DNA of 64,000 nt from NCBI RefSeq assembly GCF_030013595.1, contig NZ_CP122768.1; one strand, given 5' to 3'. The position numbers and the translations under genes were made by a program. Positions 18,230 to 27,325 of this stretch are shown in pieces (the stretch's first letter is position 1; each line of letters begins with the position of its first letter). The notes beneath the pieces were generated by a model. The model saw nothing but the letters and a program-made list of their open reading frames with translations. It had not been told where the DNA came from and did no database searches. The stretch comes from Escherichia coli (GTDB lineage: Bacteria > Pseudomonadota > Gammaproteobacteria > Enterobacterales > Enterobacteriaceae).

Positions 18230-19038
18230 TGATTCTTCAAAAAATCTGAATCAATGAATATGAACCTCAAATTCTCTTACGCATACTGAAGAGCATTCCG
18301 TATAACGATTCAGCAGACAAAACTTTATCAGTCCACACGAATCAACGGATGCACAGATGACACGCCCGGTTATCACCGGGCAATGGTTGCCATAACGGGT
18401 AACATAAGGGACTGAACAGTTGTCTTTAGCGCAACGAACTGATCTAACGTACCTGAACGGACAACCTGAAAACAGTCTTTCACCCTGCATTGTCCGCCAG
18501 TGCTTATTACCAACCACGTCTGTTGCAGTAAAGTAATCAGTTGCGAACATTATTTATCAATCGTGACGCTGGCTCGCGCATGGCAGAAAAGGTCCTGACT
18601 GAGCAACAACAGGCATCGTACTGTTGCTGCTCCATGTTGTTTATATGAACGCATCCCGTTTGCAAGGCTTCCGTGTTTTTGACGTTGACGGTAGATTGCT
18701 GCTCTATATCCTTATTGCAGCCGGTGCTGCGGGCCTCAATGAGATTCGCTGACTCTCGCCTTATTCACGCAACGAGCTTTAAGCTCAGAAAAACATCCAA
18801 GTTTGGTGAGTCACAGTCTTACCTGTCGTTGTCATCAATATAGGAATGGATAATCTGGAGAGCGATACTGCAGGCTGATATTGCGGTTTTGCGACAAGTT
18901 TTTAGCATCCGCTTCTACGCCAAATACCTGAAGTAGGAATGGATGCGTTAGCAGCATACATCCGGAACTGCGCGGGGAATAGCCGGAAACGGCTATCCCT
19001 ACCACAATAGCTAACTTTGTAATAGCGCTCTTTTAGGC

Positions 19039-20070
19039 TCATGTACTCTGACGTAATTCTATCTGGTAGTTGAATTGCACGATACGCGACTCTTCTGATT
19101 CATCATGATTATTATTCAATAGTCCAATCAGTAACTTACCTGTCTCTATCCCCATTTTTTTGTAGTCAATACGGATGGATGTCAAAGTTGGGTGTGTTTG
19201 ATCGCAATTGTCTGAACCGTCAAGACAAGCTACAGCGATATTTCCAGGGATTTTTAACAAACGCCGCTGGCACTCAAACATTATACCCAGCGCAATCTCT
19301 TCGTGGCTGCAAATCACAGCATCCAGCTCTGGTTGTCGCAGTAATATCTCGTTTAATGCGTAACGCCCCAATTGCAGACTTGCGGCATCCGGCATGGTGA
19401 TAACAAGATCAGTGTTCTGGTAATGGCTCAGCATTGCTTTATGCCAGCCGTTCAGTTGCTGACGTTGCAGGCGGTTGTCCATATGCGCACCGATAAATCC
19501 GATATTCTTATAACCCTGCTCCAGCAGATGTTCGGTCAGTTTATGTGATGCTTCAAAAAATGCTGTTTCGATGGTAATTTGAGCCGGACTGAAAGGGGAA
19601 CCGATAACGTTAATGGTAGGTATATTTGTTTTCTCGAGTATCTGGTGAGTTTTATCAGCCAACTGAGAACCAAAAATAACTAACGCCGCCGGGTTGCCTT
19701 GAAGAAGCGTCATCAGAATTTCAGCTTCTTTGAGCTGATTATACTCATGACACCCAAGCAGTAGCTGGAATTCATTTTTATTAAGCACCTGCTGTAATGA
19801 CTGCATAAAGCGGGAGCTGGCTTTATCTGTCAGGGAAGGAACCAGTACGGCGACTGTATGACTGTGACCAGATGCAAGGGCGCCAGCAGTTCTGTTGGGA
19901 ATATAACCCAACTCTTCTACGGCCTGTTCTATCTTTTCCCTCAGCTTGTCAGAAACCTGTTCCGGTGTTCTCAGCGCGCGGGAAACGGTCATAGTTCCGA
20001 CACCTGCAAAGTTAGCGACCTCCTGCAGCGTCACCCGTCCGGTACCACGGCGCTTACGTGTTTTTTCCAT
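19039..20070 (-). CDS. LacI/GalR-family transcriptional regulator
   Basis: 343-aa ORF with N-terminal HTH (VTLQEVANFAGVGTMTVSRAL) and periplasmic-binding-protein-like sugar-binding domain. Confidence 0.9.
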   Translation of the reverse strand: MEKTRKRRGTGRVTLQEVANFAGVGTMTVSRALRTPEQVSDKLREKIEQAVEELGYIPNRTAGALASGHSHTVAVLVPSLTDKASSRFMQSLQQVLNKNEFQLLLGCHEYNQLKEAEILMTLLQGNPAALVIFGSQLADKTHQILEKTNIPTINVIGSPFSPAQITIETAFFEASHKLTEHLLEQGYKNIGFIGAHMDNRLQRQQLNGWHKAMLSHYQNTDLVITMPDAASLQLGRYALNEILLRQPELDAVICSHEEIALGIMFECQRRLLKIPGNIAVACLDGSDNCDQTHPTLTSIRIDYKKMGIETGKLLIGLLNNNHDESEESRIVQFNYQIELRQST

Positions 20071-20215
20071 TTCGACTCCATGGATAATTACAACCAGCTG
20101 TTTTCATTACTTTTATTTCACCATTACTCTTTCCAGTTTTTGCCCACGGTAGCAAATATCCTGTTGCATTGTATATGCAGGAACCGAATATAGCCAAAGC
20201 ATGGCGGCAGAGAAA

Positions 20216-20263
20216 TGATAGCGCTATCACAAAGATTGGTAGCGTTATCAGATAGCGCTATCA
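20216..20263. promoter_or_regulatory. Two copies of a 14-bp palindrome (TGATAGCGCTATCA and AGATAGCGCTATCA), candidate LacI-family operators
   Basis: Perfect and near-perfect palindromes at 20216-20229 and 20250-20263, in the divergent intergenic region between the regulator and the PTS operon. Confidence 0.55.
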
Positions 20264-20340
20264 AATGCGACAATCATCACATTAATTAATGCGTAAAATA
20301 TCTACTCTCCTGTTAATTATCATCGGGAGTTATCAGTAGC

Positions 20341-20784
20341 ATGTTAAAAAATCTATTAAATACAGAGGTCGTTCAGGTCGTGGAACAGGTCAAAGACTGG
20401 CGGGAAGCCGTGGCGATTTCATGCCGACCGTTGATTGAAAACGGCTCTATCGAACCGCGTTATGTTGATGCGATCTATCACTCGCACGACACTATCGGTC
20501 CGTACTATGTGGTTGGCCCTGGTATTGCGATGCCTCATGCGCGCCCGGAAGAGGGGGCTAACAAGCTGTCATTAGCACTGACCCTGATCCCTTCAGGTGT
20601 GAATTTTGATGCCGATGAAAACGATCCAGTGAAATTACTGATTGTGCTGGCTGCAACCGACAGTACCAGCCACATTGAAGCGATTTCTCAACTCGCCAAG
20701 TTATTCGATAACGAAAAAGACATACAGGCCATTTTGACGGCCAAAACGACGCAGGACATTTTGTCTGTTATTGCGCGCTATTAA
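20341..20784 (+). CDS. PTS EIIA component (mannitol/fructose/ascorbate-type EIIA)
   Basis: 147-aa ORF with active-site His context (GIAMPHAR). Confidence 0.85.
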   Translation: MLKNLLNTEVVQVVEQVKDWREAVAISCRPLIENGSIEPRYVDAIYHSHDTIGPYYVVGPGIAMPHARPEEGANKLSLALTLIPSGVNFDADENDPVKLLIVLAATDSTSHIEAISQLAKLFDNEKDIQAILTAKTTQDILSVIARY

Positions 20785-20799
20785 TCCAGAGGAACATTT

Positions 20800-21087
20800 A
20801 TGAAAATTACAGTGGTTTGCGGTAACGGCTTAGGCACCAGCCTGATGATGGAAATGAGCATTAAAAGCATTTTGAAGGATTTGTCCGTCAGCGCTGATGT
20901 TGATCACGTCGACCTGGGCTCCGCGAAAGGGACGCCGAGTGATATCTATGTCGGCACCAAAGACATTGCCGAGCAGTTAGCCGCGCAGTCTGTCGCAGGC
21001 AAAATCGTCGCACTGGAAAATATGATTGATAAGAAAGCCATGAGAGAACGTTTGTCCGTGGTATTAACCGAATTAGGCGCACTGTAA
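20800..21087 (+). CDS. PTS EIIB component (ascorbate/galactitol-type)
   Basis: 95-aa ORF with N-terminal phospho-Cys motif VVCGNGLGTS. Confidence 0.85.
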   Translation: MKITVVCGNGLGTSLMMEMSIKSILKDLSVSADVDHVDLGSAKGTPSDIYVGTKDIAEQLAAQSVAGKIVALENMIDKKAMRERLSVVLTELGAL

Positions 21088-21099
21088 GCTGGGGGCGAT

Positions 21100-22356
21100 A
21101 TGGATTTCTTTCGTTTTTTGATGAGCGATGTACTTTCCGAACCCGCAGTGCTGGTCGGTTTAATCGCCCTGATTGGCCTGATTGCACAGAAAAAACCGGT
21201 AACCGAATGCATTAAAGGTACCGTCAAGACCATTATGGGGTTTGTGATTTTAGGCGCAGGGGCGGGTTTAGTTGTGTCGTCACTGGGTGACTTCGCAAAC
21301 ATTTTCCAGCATGCCTTTGGTATTCAGGGTGTAGTGCCGAACAATGAAGCCATTGTTTCCGTAGCGCAGAAAAGCTTCGGGAAAGAAATGGCGATGATTA
21401 TGTTCTTTGCGATGGTTATCAACATTATGATTGCCCGTTTCACACCGTGGAAATTTATCTTCCTGACCGGTCATCACACGTTGTTTATGTCGATGATGGT
21501 AGCGGTAATTCTGGCAACAGCAGGCATGACCGGCATTACGCTTATAGCCGTTGGCTCTTTGGTTGTTGGCGTGGCAATGGTCTTTTTCCCGGCTATTGCG
21601 CATCCGTACATGAAGAAAGTGACCGGTTCTGATGACGTTGCCATCGGCCACTTCTCAACATTATCTTATGTATTGGCCGGTTTCATCGGCAGCAAGTTTG
21701 GTAATAAAGAGCACTCGACTGAAGACATGAATGTGCCGAAAAGTCTGCTGTTCTTGCGCGACACGCCGGTTGCTATCTCTTTTACCATGAGCATAATTTT
21801 CCTGGTGACGTGCCTGTTTGCGGGTGCAGATGCGGTGAAAGAGCTTAGCGGTGGTAAAAACTGGTTCATGTTCTCTATCATGCAATCCATTACCTTCGCA
21901 GCTGGCGTGTACATCATTCTGCAGGGTGTGCGCATGGTGATTGCGGAGATTGTCCCGGCATTCAAAGGTATTTCAGACAAGCTGGTTCCGAATGCCAGAC
22001 CTGCTCTCGATTGCCCGGTCGTCTTCCCTTACGCACCTAACGCTGTACTGGTTGGTTTCCTGAGTAGCTTTGCTGCAGGTTTAATCGGTATGTTCACGTT
22101 GTATCTGCTGAACATGATCGTGATTATTCCTGGTGTGGTGCCGCACTTCTTCGTAGGTGCAGCTGCAGGGGTATTCGGTAATGCAACGGGTGGACGTCGT
22201 GGTGCGATTTTGGGTGCCTTCGCTCAGGGCTTGCTTATTACCTTCCTGCCAGTATTCTTATTGCCGGTGCTGGGTGATATTGGTTTTGCTAACACCACCT
22301 TCAGTGATGCTGACTTTGGCGCACTGGGTATTTTGTTAGGGATTATCGTTCGCTAA
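21100..22356 (+). CDS. PTS EIIC permease (UlaA/SgaT family)
   Basis: 418-aa polytopic membrane ORF following IIA and IIB. Confidence 0.85.
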   Translation: MDFFRFLMSDVLSEPAVLVGLIALIGLIAQKKPVTECIKGTVKTIMGFVILGAGAGLVVSSLGDFANIFQHAFGIQGVVPNNEAIVSVAQKSFGKEMAMIMFFAMVINIMIARFTPWKFIFLTGHHTLFMSMMVAVILATAGMTGITLIAVGSLVVGVAMVFFPAIAHPYMKKVTGSDDVAIGHFSTLSYVLAGFIGSKFGNKEHSTEDMNVPKSLLFLRDTPVAISFTMSIIFLVTCLFAGADAVKELSGGKNWFMFSIMQSITFAAGVYIILQGVRMVIAEIVPAFKGISDKLVPNARPALDCPVVFPYAPNAVLVGFLSSFAAGLIGMFTLYLLNMIVIIPGVVPHFFVGAAAGVFGNATGGRRGAILGAFAQGLLITFLPVFLLPVLGDIGFANTTFSDADFGALGILLGIIVR

Positions 22357-22369
22357 TATTTTGATGACA

Positions 22370-22425
22370 TTAATATCCTCCAGGATTTCAGGAACGTGGA
22401 GGATATTAATTCCTCTTATTTTCTC
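22370..22425 (+). terminator. Rho-independent terminator after the PTS EIIC gene
   Basis: Perfect 13-bp inverted repeat ttaatatcctcca / tggaggatattaa (22370-22382, 22397-22409) followed by T-rich tract. Confidence 0.6.
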
Positions 22426-22571
22426 CATTTTTCTTTCTTCCAGTCAGGACTGCATCCGATTAATCGTAAGCGCTCCGAGAAGTACGTAGCGTAAGGATTA
22501 TTTTACAGCTGAGAAGTTTCAGTGCAGCAGTTCATGCACACGGTTCGACGGCTAGTCATTGATCTTCATAA

Positions 22572-22856
22572 TTACCTCGCGTAAAAAACGGGGTAAGGCC
22601 GCTCATCCAGCGTCATCTCCACAGGTAATAATTCAACGCCAATGCCAGAAGAGTTCGTTACCGGAAGACGCCGTGATATACGCCCTTTGATCAGCGAGAG
22701 CCTGAGCCATTTGAACAGAAGATTATCATTGATATCATGCTCCCGGGCAATACGGGCAACAGAACCCCTTGGTTGTAAAGCCAGTTTAACCATTTGAAGT
22801 TTAAACTCATTTGAAAATGACCTGCGGGGTTCAACTGATAATGTTTTTTGTTCCAT
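22572..22856 (-). mobile_element. IS3-family transposase OrfA-like remnant (degraded)
   Basis: 94-aa ORF with the helix-turn-helix region typical of IS3-family OrfA (FSNEFKLQMVKLA...SVARIAREHDINDNLLFKWLR); no intact second transposase ORF or terminal repeats seen. Confidence 0.5.
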
Positions 22857-23277
22857 AACAGGTGTCCACTAGTTGAAAAGGTGGGTACCTATGTTACCAA
22901 TACTGGCTTAATGGCTACATACAGCAGTCGGTTTACGCATACACTTTTATAGTGCACTCCGGCCTCATGAATATAACGGTGGATTACCGCCGAACGAATC
23001 GGAAAATAGATACTGGAAAAAAACTGAAATTGTGACCAGTTTTTGTTGACCACTACAAATAAATAAAAGAGTTGCAGTGCTTGCTCGGTAAGAAAACAAT
23101 GGAGGTTAAGCTCCTCAAAGAAGCTGTGGAGTACACCACTCTACAGTAGTTGCGCAAATTTGGAGTGGACGATAATGTGATCGTCTATAAGGGCAACGCT
23201 ATCATAGTCTTGTCCTGGCGGGTAAAAAAACGCGCTTACCTTAACGATAAGCGCGCCGCTGTTCAGGCCTTGAGTGG

Positions 23278-24291
23278 TTATTCAATTCCTGTGGTGACTG
23301 TAAAAGTGCGCGTTTGCTGCGGTGCAACCTGAATCAGCGTGCCATTACGTTGCGCGGCAAGATACCCCTCAGGCCGACAGGTTGCAGGTAATGCAAAGGC
23401 GGCTACCTGTTGCTCTCCGTTATAAAGGATCCAGCGTGTCACATAATTTAGTTCAGCACTGTAGAAACGAGTAACAAACGTAGTGCCATCGGGAGAGATC
23501 ATGCGAAACTCTGGCTGATCTGTATAAGCGTCCAGTTTGTCTGCAAAGAAGACAATTTCTGGATCATAAAATTCCGGTTGACTCAGCGTCGACAGAGAGG
23601 CTTCTCCCTGCATAATCCGTTGATTAAACGCCAGCCACTGAGCGGTGGGATTAACATGCGAAGGCACTGATTCACGCAATCTTAATATTTCGTCCGGGAT
23701 ATTCTGGCTGAATGTAGCATTTGGTATATATGCATAATTCATGTGGCACATATATTGTAGTGGCATATCTACAGAAGCCAGATTGGTTACGGCCATCTTA
23801 ATATCGAACAGTGTAGAGGATTTGTGAAGGACCACTGTTGGCTGAGCCAGATAATGATGACCGAAACCCATTACATACTCGTAACGCCCGTTAAGGCGTA
23901 ACATATCTCCGTCTAATTCCAGCCATGCTTCATCCATCGCGGCACAGGCCATTTCACCGTGTAGCAGATGAGTATCTTCCACAGATGGGCAGCCATTAGC
24001 CAGCAAACCTGAATGAAAAGCAAAACAGCCATAGGTCTCTATCACCTCTGTCGCCGGTTTAGGCTGGCGAAACATATTGCACATGGTGAGGCCGTGTCCA
24101 TCAAATTGCGCATCCCAAATCATCTGCCCCATCCAGGGAAGAATAATCAAATGTCCACGACTGTTTGCAATTTTAAGCCCCTCGACACCGCTGTCATATC
24201 GAAAAGACGTGACAGTAAAATCACTATTTTCCAGCAAGATACGAGGTTTCTCGCCAAAAAGCGCCCGCCACAAATTAATACGCGTACTCAT
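23278..24291 (-). CDS. deoX: DeoX-like protein of the deoxyribose operon (function unknown, possibly mutarotase-like)
   Basis: 337-aa ORF downstream of the kinase and permease in the same orientation; assignment by operon synteny with Salmonella/pathogenic E. coli deoK-deoP-deoX as recalled. Confidence 0.55.
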   Translation of the reverse strand: MSTRINLWRALFGEKPRILLENSDFTVTSFRYDSGVEGLKIANSRGHLIILPWMGQMIWDAQFDGHGLTMCNMFRQPKPATEVIETYGCFAFHSGLLANGCPSVEDTHLLHGEMACAAMDEAWLELDGDMLRLNGRYEYVMGFGHHYLAQPTVVLHKSSTLFDIKMAVTNLASVDMPLQYMCHMNYAYIPNATFSQNIPDEILRLRESVPSHVNPTAQWLAFNQRIMQGEASLSTLSQPEFYDPEIVFFADKLDAYTDQPEFRMISPDGTTFVTRFYSAELNYVTRWILYNGEQQVAAFALPATCRPEGYLAAQRNGTLIQVAPQQTRTFTVTTGIE

Positions 24292-24302
24292 AACGATTCT
24301 CC

Positions 24303-25619
24303 TCAGGACGCTGTGACTTCAGCCAGTGCGGTACGTACTTTGCTTTCACGCCAGAAGTAGACTCCGACATAGACAAAGCAGAGCATAGAAACCAGGAATG
24401 AAAGCTGTAGTGAGTGGAACATATCTGCAATATATCCCTGAATTGCCGGAACCACCGCGGCACCGACAATAGCCATAACAATGACTGCTCCTGCCATTTC
24501 TGTATGTTCGTTATCAACTGTATCCAGTGTTCCTGCATAGATCGTCGCCCAGCAAGGGCCAAACAAAACACTTACCAGGACGGCGACATAGACCGCGCTG
24601 AAACTTGGAGCCAGTGCAACATATGCCAGGAACAGCGCCCCTATAACGGAATAGAGAATCAATACTTTTTCCGGATTAAAACGCGTCATAAGGATATTGG
24701 CTATAAACTTGCCAATAAAGAAGCAGGCAAAGCTATAGACCATGAAGTTTGAAGCATCACGTTCGTTGATATCGCCCAACTCCAGCGCCAGACGGATGGT
24801 AAATGACCATACTGCGACCTGCATACCCACATAAAGGAACTGCGCCACAATACCGCGACGAAAGCGCGGATTTCTAGCCAGATAGCGCAGCGTATCCATT
24901 GCTGACGGGCGTTTATGGTGACTTGTCTGTGCCACTTTACAGGTTGGGAAGCGGGTTAAAAGGAACAACACCATGACCACAACCAGAATCATAATCATAT
25001 ACTTATACGGTTCAAGGGTGTTCTCTAACATCAGCACCTTAAAGTTGTGAATTTGCTCGGCGTTCATTCCTGACATCTGCTTTTCAAGGCTTTCCCCCTC
25101 GGAGAAAACCAGATATTTGCCCAATAAAATACCAGACGCAGCACCAATCGGATAAAAGGTCTGGCTGATATTGAGCCGCAATGTGGCATAGGCTTTTGGA
25201 CCGATCATTGAACTGTATGTGTTCGCTGCAGTTTCAAGGAAACTCAGGCCAATCGCAATCGCAAAAATAGCTGCAAGGAACATAGTGTAGGTTGCCATAT
25301 GCGAGGCAGGGAAAAAAAGTGTACAACCACCAATATACAGCGTCAGGCCAATTAAAATTGCCACCTTATAACTGGTCTTTTTAATCACAAGGGATGCTGG
25401 TATTGCAATTAAAAAATAACCTCCATAAAATGCGCTCTGCACCAATGCTGAAGCAAAGTTACTTAGCGAAAATACACTTTTGAATTGAGTGATTAATATG
25501 TCATTTAATGCAGCTGCGCATCCCCATAGCGGGAATAAACACGATAACAAAATAAACTGGAACAAGGGAGTCTTATTCAGATACCCATCAGGCATCTGAA
25601 TGATGTTTTTATCGTTCAT
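24303..25619 (-). CDS. deoP: MFS sugar permease, FucP family (DeoP-like deoxyribose permease)
   Basis: 438-aa 12-helix MFS ORF; FucP-like N-terminus. Confidence 0.7.
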   Translation of the reverse strand: MNDKNIIQMPDGYLNKTPLFQFILLSCLFPLWGCAAALNDILITQFKSVFSLSNFASALVQSAFYGGYFLIAIPASLVIKKTSYKVAILIGLTLYIGGCTLFFPASHMATYTMFLAAIFAIAIGLSFLETAANTYSSMIGPKAYATLRLNISQTFYPIGAASGILLGKYLVFSEGESLEKQMSGMNAEQIHNFKVLMLENTLEPYKYMIMILVVVMVLFLLTRFPTCKVAQTSHHKRPSAMDTLRYLARNPRFRRGIVAQFLYVGMQVAVWSFTIRLALELGDINERDASNFMVYSFACFFIGKFIANILMTRFNPEKVLILYSVIGALFLAYVALAPSFSAVYVAVLVSVLFGPCWATIYAGTLDTVDNEHTEMAGAVIVMAIVGAAVVPAIQGYIADMFHSLQLSFLVSMLCFVYVGVYFWRESKVRTALAEVTAS

Positions 25620-25646
25620 AGTGCTACCTTTAACTGTGCAGGATGA

Positions 25647-26557
25647 TTATTCGTTTAAGGTTAAAAATTCATTAAATTGTTCAATACTCGGATAAGATGA
25701 TTGCGTACCTTTCCCTGTGACGCTGAAAGCGGCAAAGAGAGCGGCTTTTTTCAAAGCGGCTTCAACATCACCGCTTTGAACATAATAATGGGAAAAGCAA
25801 CCAATAAATGCGTCACCAGCGCCACTAGTATCAACAGCATTTACTTTGAATGCAGGAACATGGACTTCCTGATCGCGGGTCATCCATAATGCGCCTTTTT
25901 CGCTCATGGTAACAATAATATTGTTCAGCCCTTTATCAACTAACGAACGTGCGGCCAAACGAATATGATCATAAGTATCAACCGACATACCGGTTAATAT
26001 TTCCAGTTCTGTTTCATTCGGGATAAAGAAATCACATTTGCAGGCATAAGACATATCTAACTCACGCAATGCCGGAGCCGGATTTAATAACACTTCAATA
26101 CCATTTTTCTTACCAAACTCAATCGCGTGGTAAACTGTTTCCAGTTGAACTTCCAGTTGTAAAACGATCAATTTGCATTTTTTCAGATCTTCTGCAGCTC
26201 GATCGATATCTTCCGGGGAAAGAAATTTATTCGCTCCCTTAATTATTAATATACTATTGCTCGAGTTGGCATTAACAAAGATCGGTGCAACACCACTGCT
26301 GGTACAGGGGACTTTCTCAACATAAGTGGTATTAATTCCCCATGATTCGAGATTACGAATAGTATTATCCGCAAAAATATCATCACCTACTTTAGTCAGC
26401 ATCAGGACTTTTGAATTCAATTTAGCCGCCGCCACCGCTTGATTAGCACCTTTCCCACCACATCCGATTTTGAAGGCAGGTGCTTCCAGAGTTTCTCCTT
26501 CTTTAGGCATCTGATTAGTGTAAGTAATGAGATCCACCATATTGGAACCAATAACTG
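25647..26557 (-). pseudogene. deoK: Ribokinase-family sugar kinase (DeoK-like deoxyribokinase), 5' end removed by IS1
   Basis: PfkB/ribokinase motifs (GGKGANQAVAAA, DTSGAGDAF); reading frame runs upstream (VIGSNMVDL...) straight into the IS1 end at 26558 with no start codon or promoter. Confidence 0.7.
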
Positions 26558-26572
26558 GGTAATGACTCCAAC

Positions 26573-27076
26573 TTACTGATAGTGTTTTATGTTCAGATAA
26601 TGCCCGATGACCTTGTCATGCAGCTCCACCGATTTTGAGAACGACAGTGACTTCCGTCCCAGCCTTGCCAGATGTTGTCTCAGATTCAGGTTATGCCGCT
26701 CAATGCGCTGAGTATAACGCTTGCTGATAACGTGCAGCTTTCCCTTCAGGCGTGATTCATACAGCGGCCAGCCATCCGTCATCCATACCACGACCTCAAA
26801 GGCCGACAGCAGGCTCAGAAGACGCTCCAGTGTGGCCAGAGTGCGTTCACCGAAGACGTGCGCCACAACCGTCCTCCGCATCCTGTCATACGCGTAAAAC
26901 AGCCAGCGCTGACGTGATTTAGCACCGACGTAGCCCCACTGTTCGTCCATTTCAGCGCAGACAATCACATCACTGCCCGGTTGTATGCGCGAGGTTACCG
27001 ACTGCGGCCTGAGTTTTTTAAGTGGCGGAAAATCGTGTTGAGGCCAACGCCAATAATGCGTGCACTGGCGCGACAT
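26573..27076 (-). CDS. insB: IS1 transposase InsB reading frame
   Basis: 167-aa ORF matching IS1 InsB with a few substitutions relative to the K-12 copy as recalled. Confidence 0.9.
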   Translation of the reverse strand: MSRQCTHYWRWPQHDFPPLKKLRPQSVTSRIQPGSDVIVCAEMDEQWGYVGAKSRQRWLFYAYDRMRRTVVAHVFGERTLATLERLLSLLSAFEVVVWMTDGWPLYESRLKGKLHVISKRYTQRIERHNLNLRQHLARLGRKSLSFSKSVELHDKVIGHYLNIKHYQ

Positions 27077-27270
27077 CCGACGCCATTCATGGCCATATCA
27101 ATGATTTTCTGGTGCGTACCGGGCTGAGAGGCGGCGTAAGTGAACTGTAGTTGCCATGTTTTACGGCAGTGAGAGCAGAGATAGCGCTGATGTCCGGCGG
27201 TGCTTTTGCCGTTACGCACCACCCCGTCAGTAGCTGAACAGGAGGGACAGCTGATAGAAACAGAAGCCAC
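26995..27270 (-). CDS. insA: IS1 InsA
   Basis: 91-aa [19 protein letters not shown]...; start codon here is GTG. Confidence 0.9.
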   Translation of the reverse strand: MASVSISCPSCSATDGVVRNGKSTAGHQRYLCSHCRKTWQLQFTYAASQPGTHQKIIDMAMNGVGCRASARIIGVGLNTIFRHLKNSGRSR

Positions 27271-27325
27271 TGGAGCACCTCAAAAACACCATCATACACT
27301 AAATCAGTAAGTTGGCAGCATCACC

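Larger units (their letters stand above)
26558..27325 (-). mobile_element. IS1 copy 1 (768 bp), no flanking target-site duplication
   Basis: 23-bp terminal inverted repeats GGTAATGACTCCAACTTACTGAT and GGTGATGCTGCCAACTTACTGAT; flanks caataactg vs gacaatgca do not match. Confidence 0.95.

Noticed and set aside
18251-18550. 99-aa minus-strand ORF in the gap after the cluster
   Set aside because: Cys/Arg-rich implausible translation, no RBS noticed, no family resemblance; treated as non-coding or decayed sequence.
26558-27325. Searched around the IS1/cadC junction and the whole window for a tRNA-Phe (pheU) gene
   Set aside because: No sequence with the conserved tRNA T-arm (GGTTCGATTCC) or tRNA-like structure was seen; the tRNA is presumed deleted or outside the window, so none is annotated.
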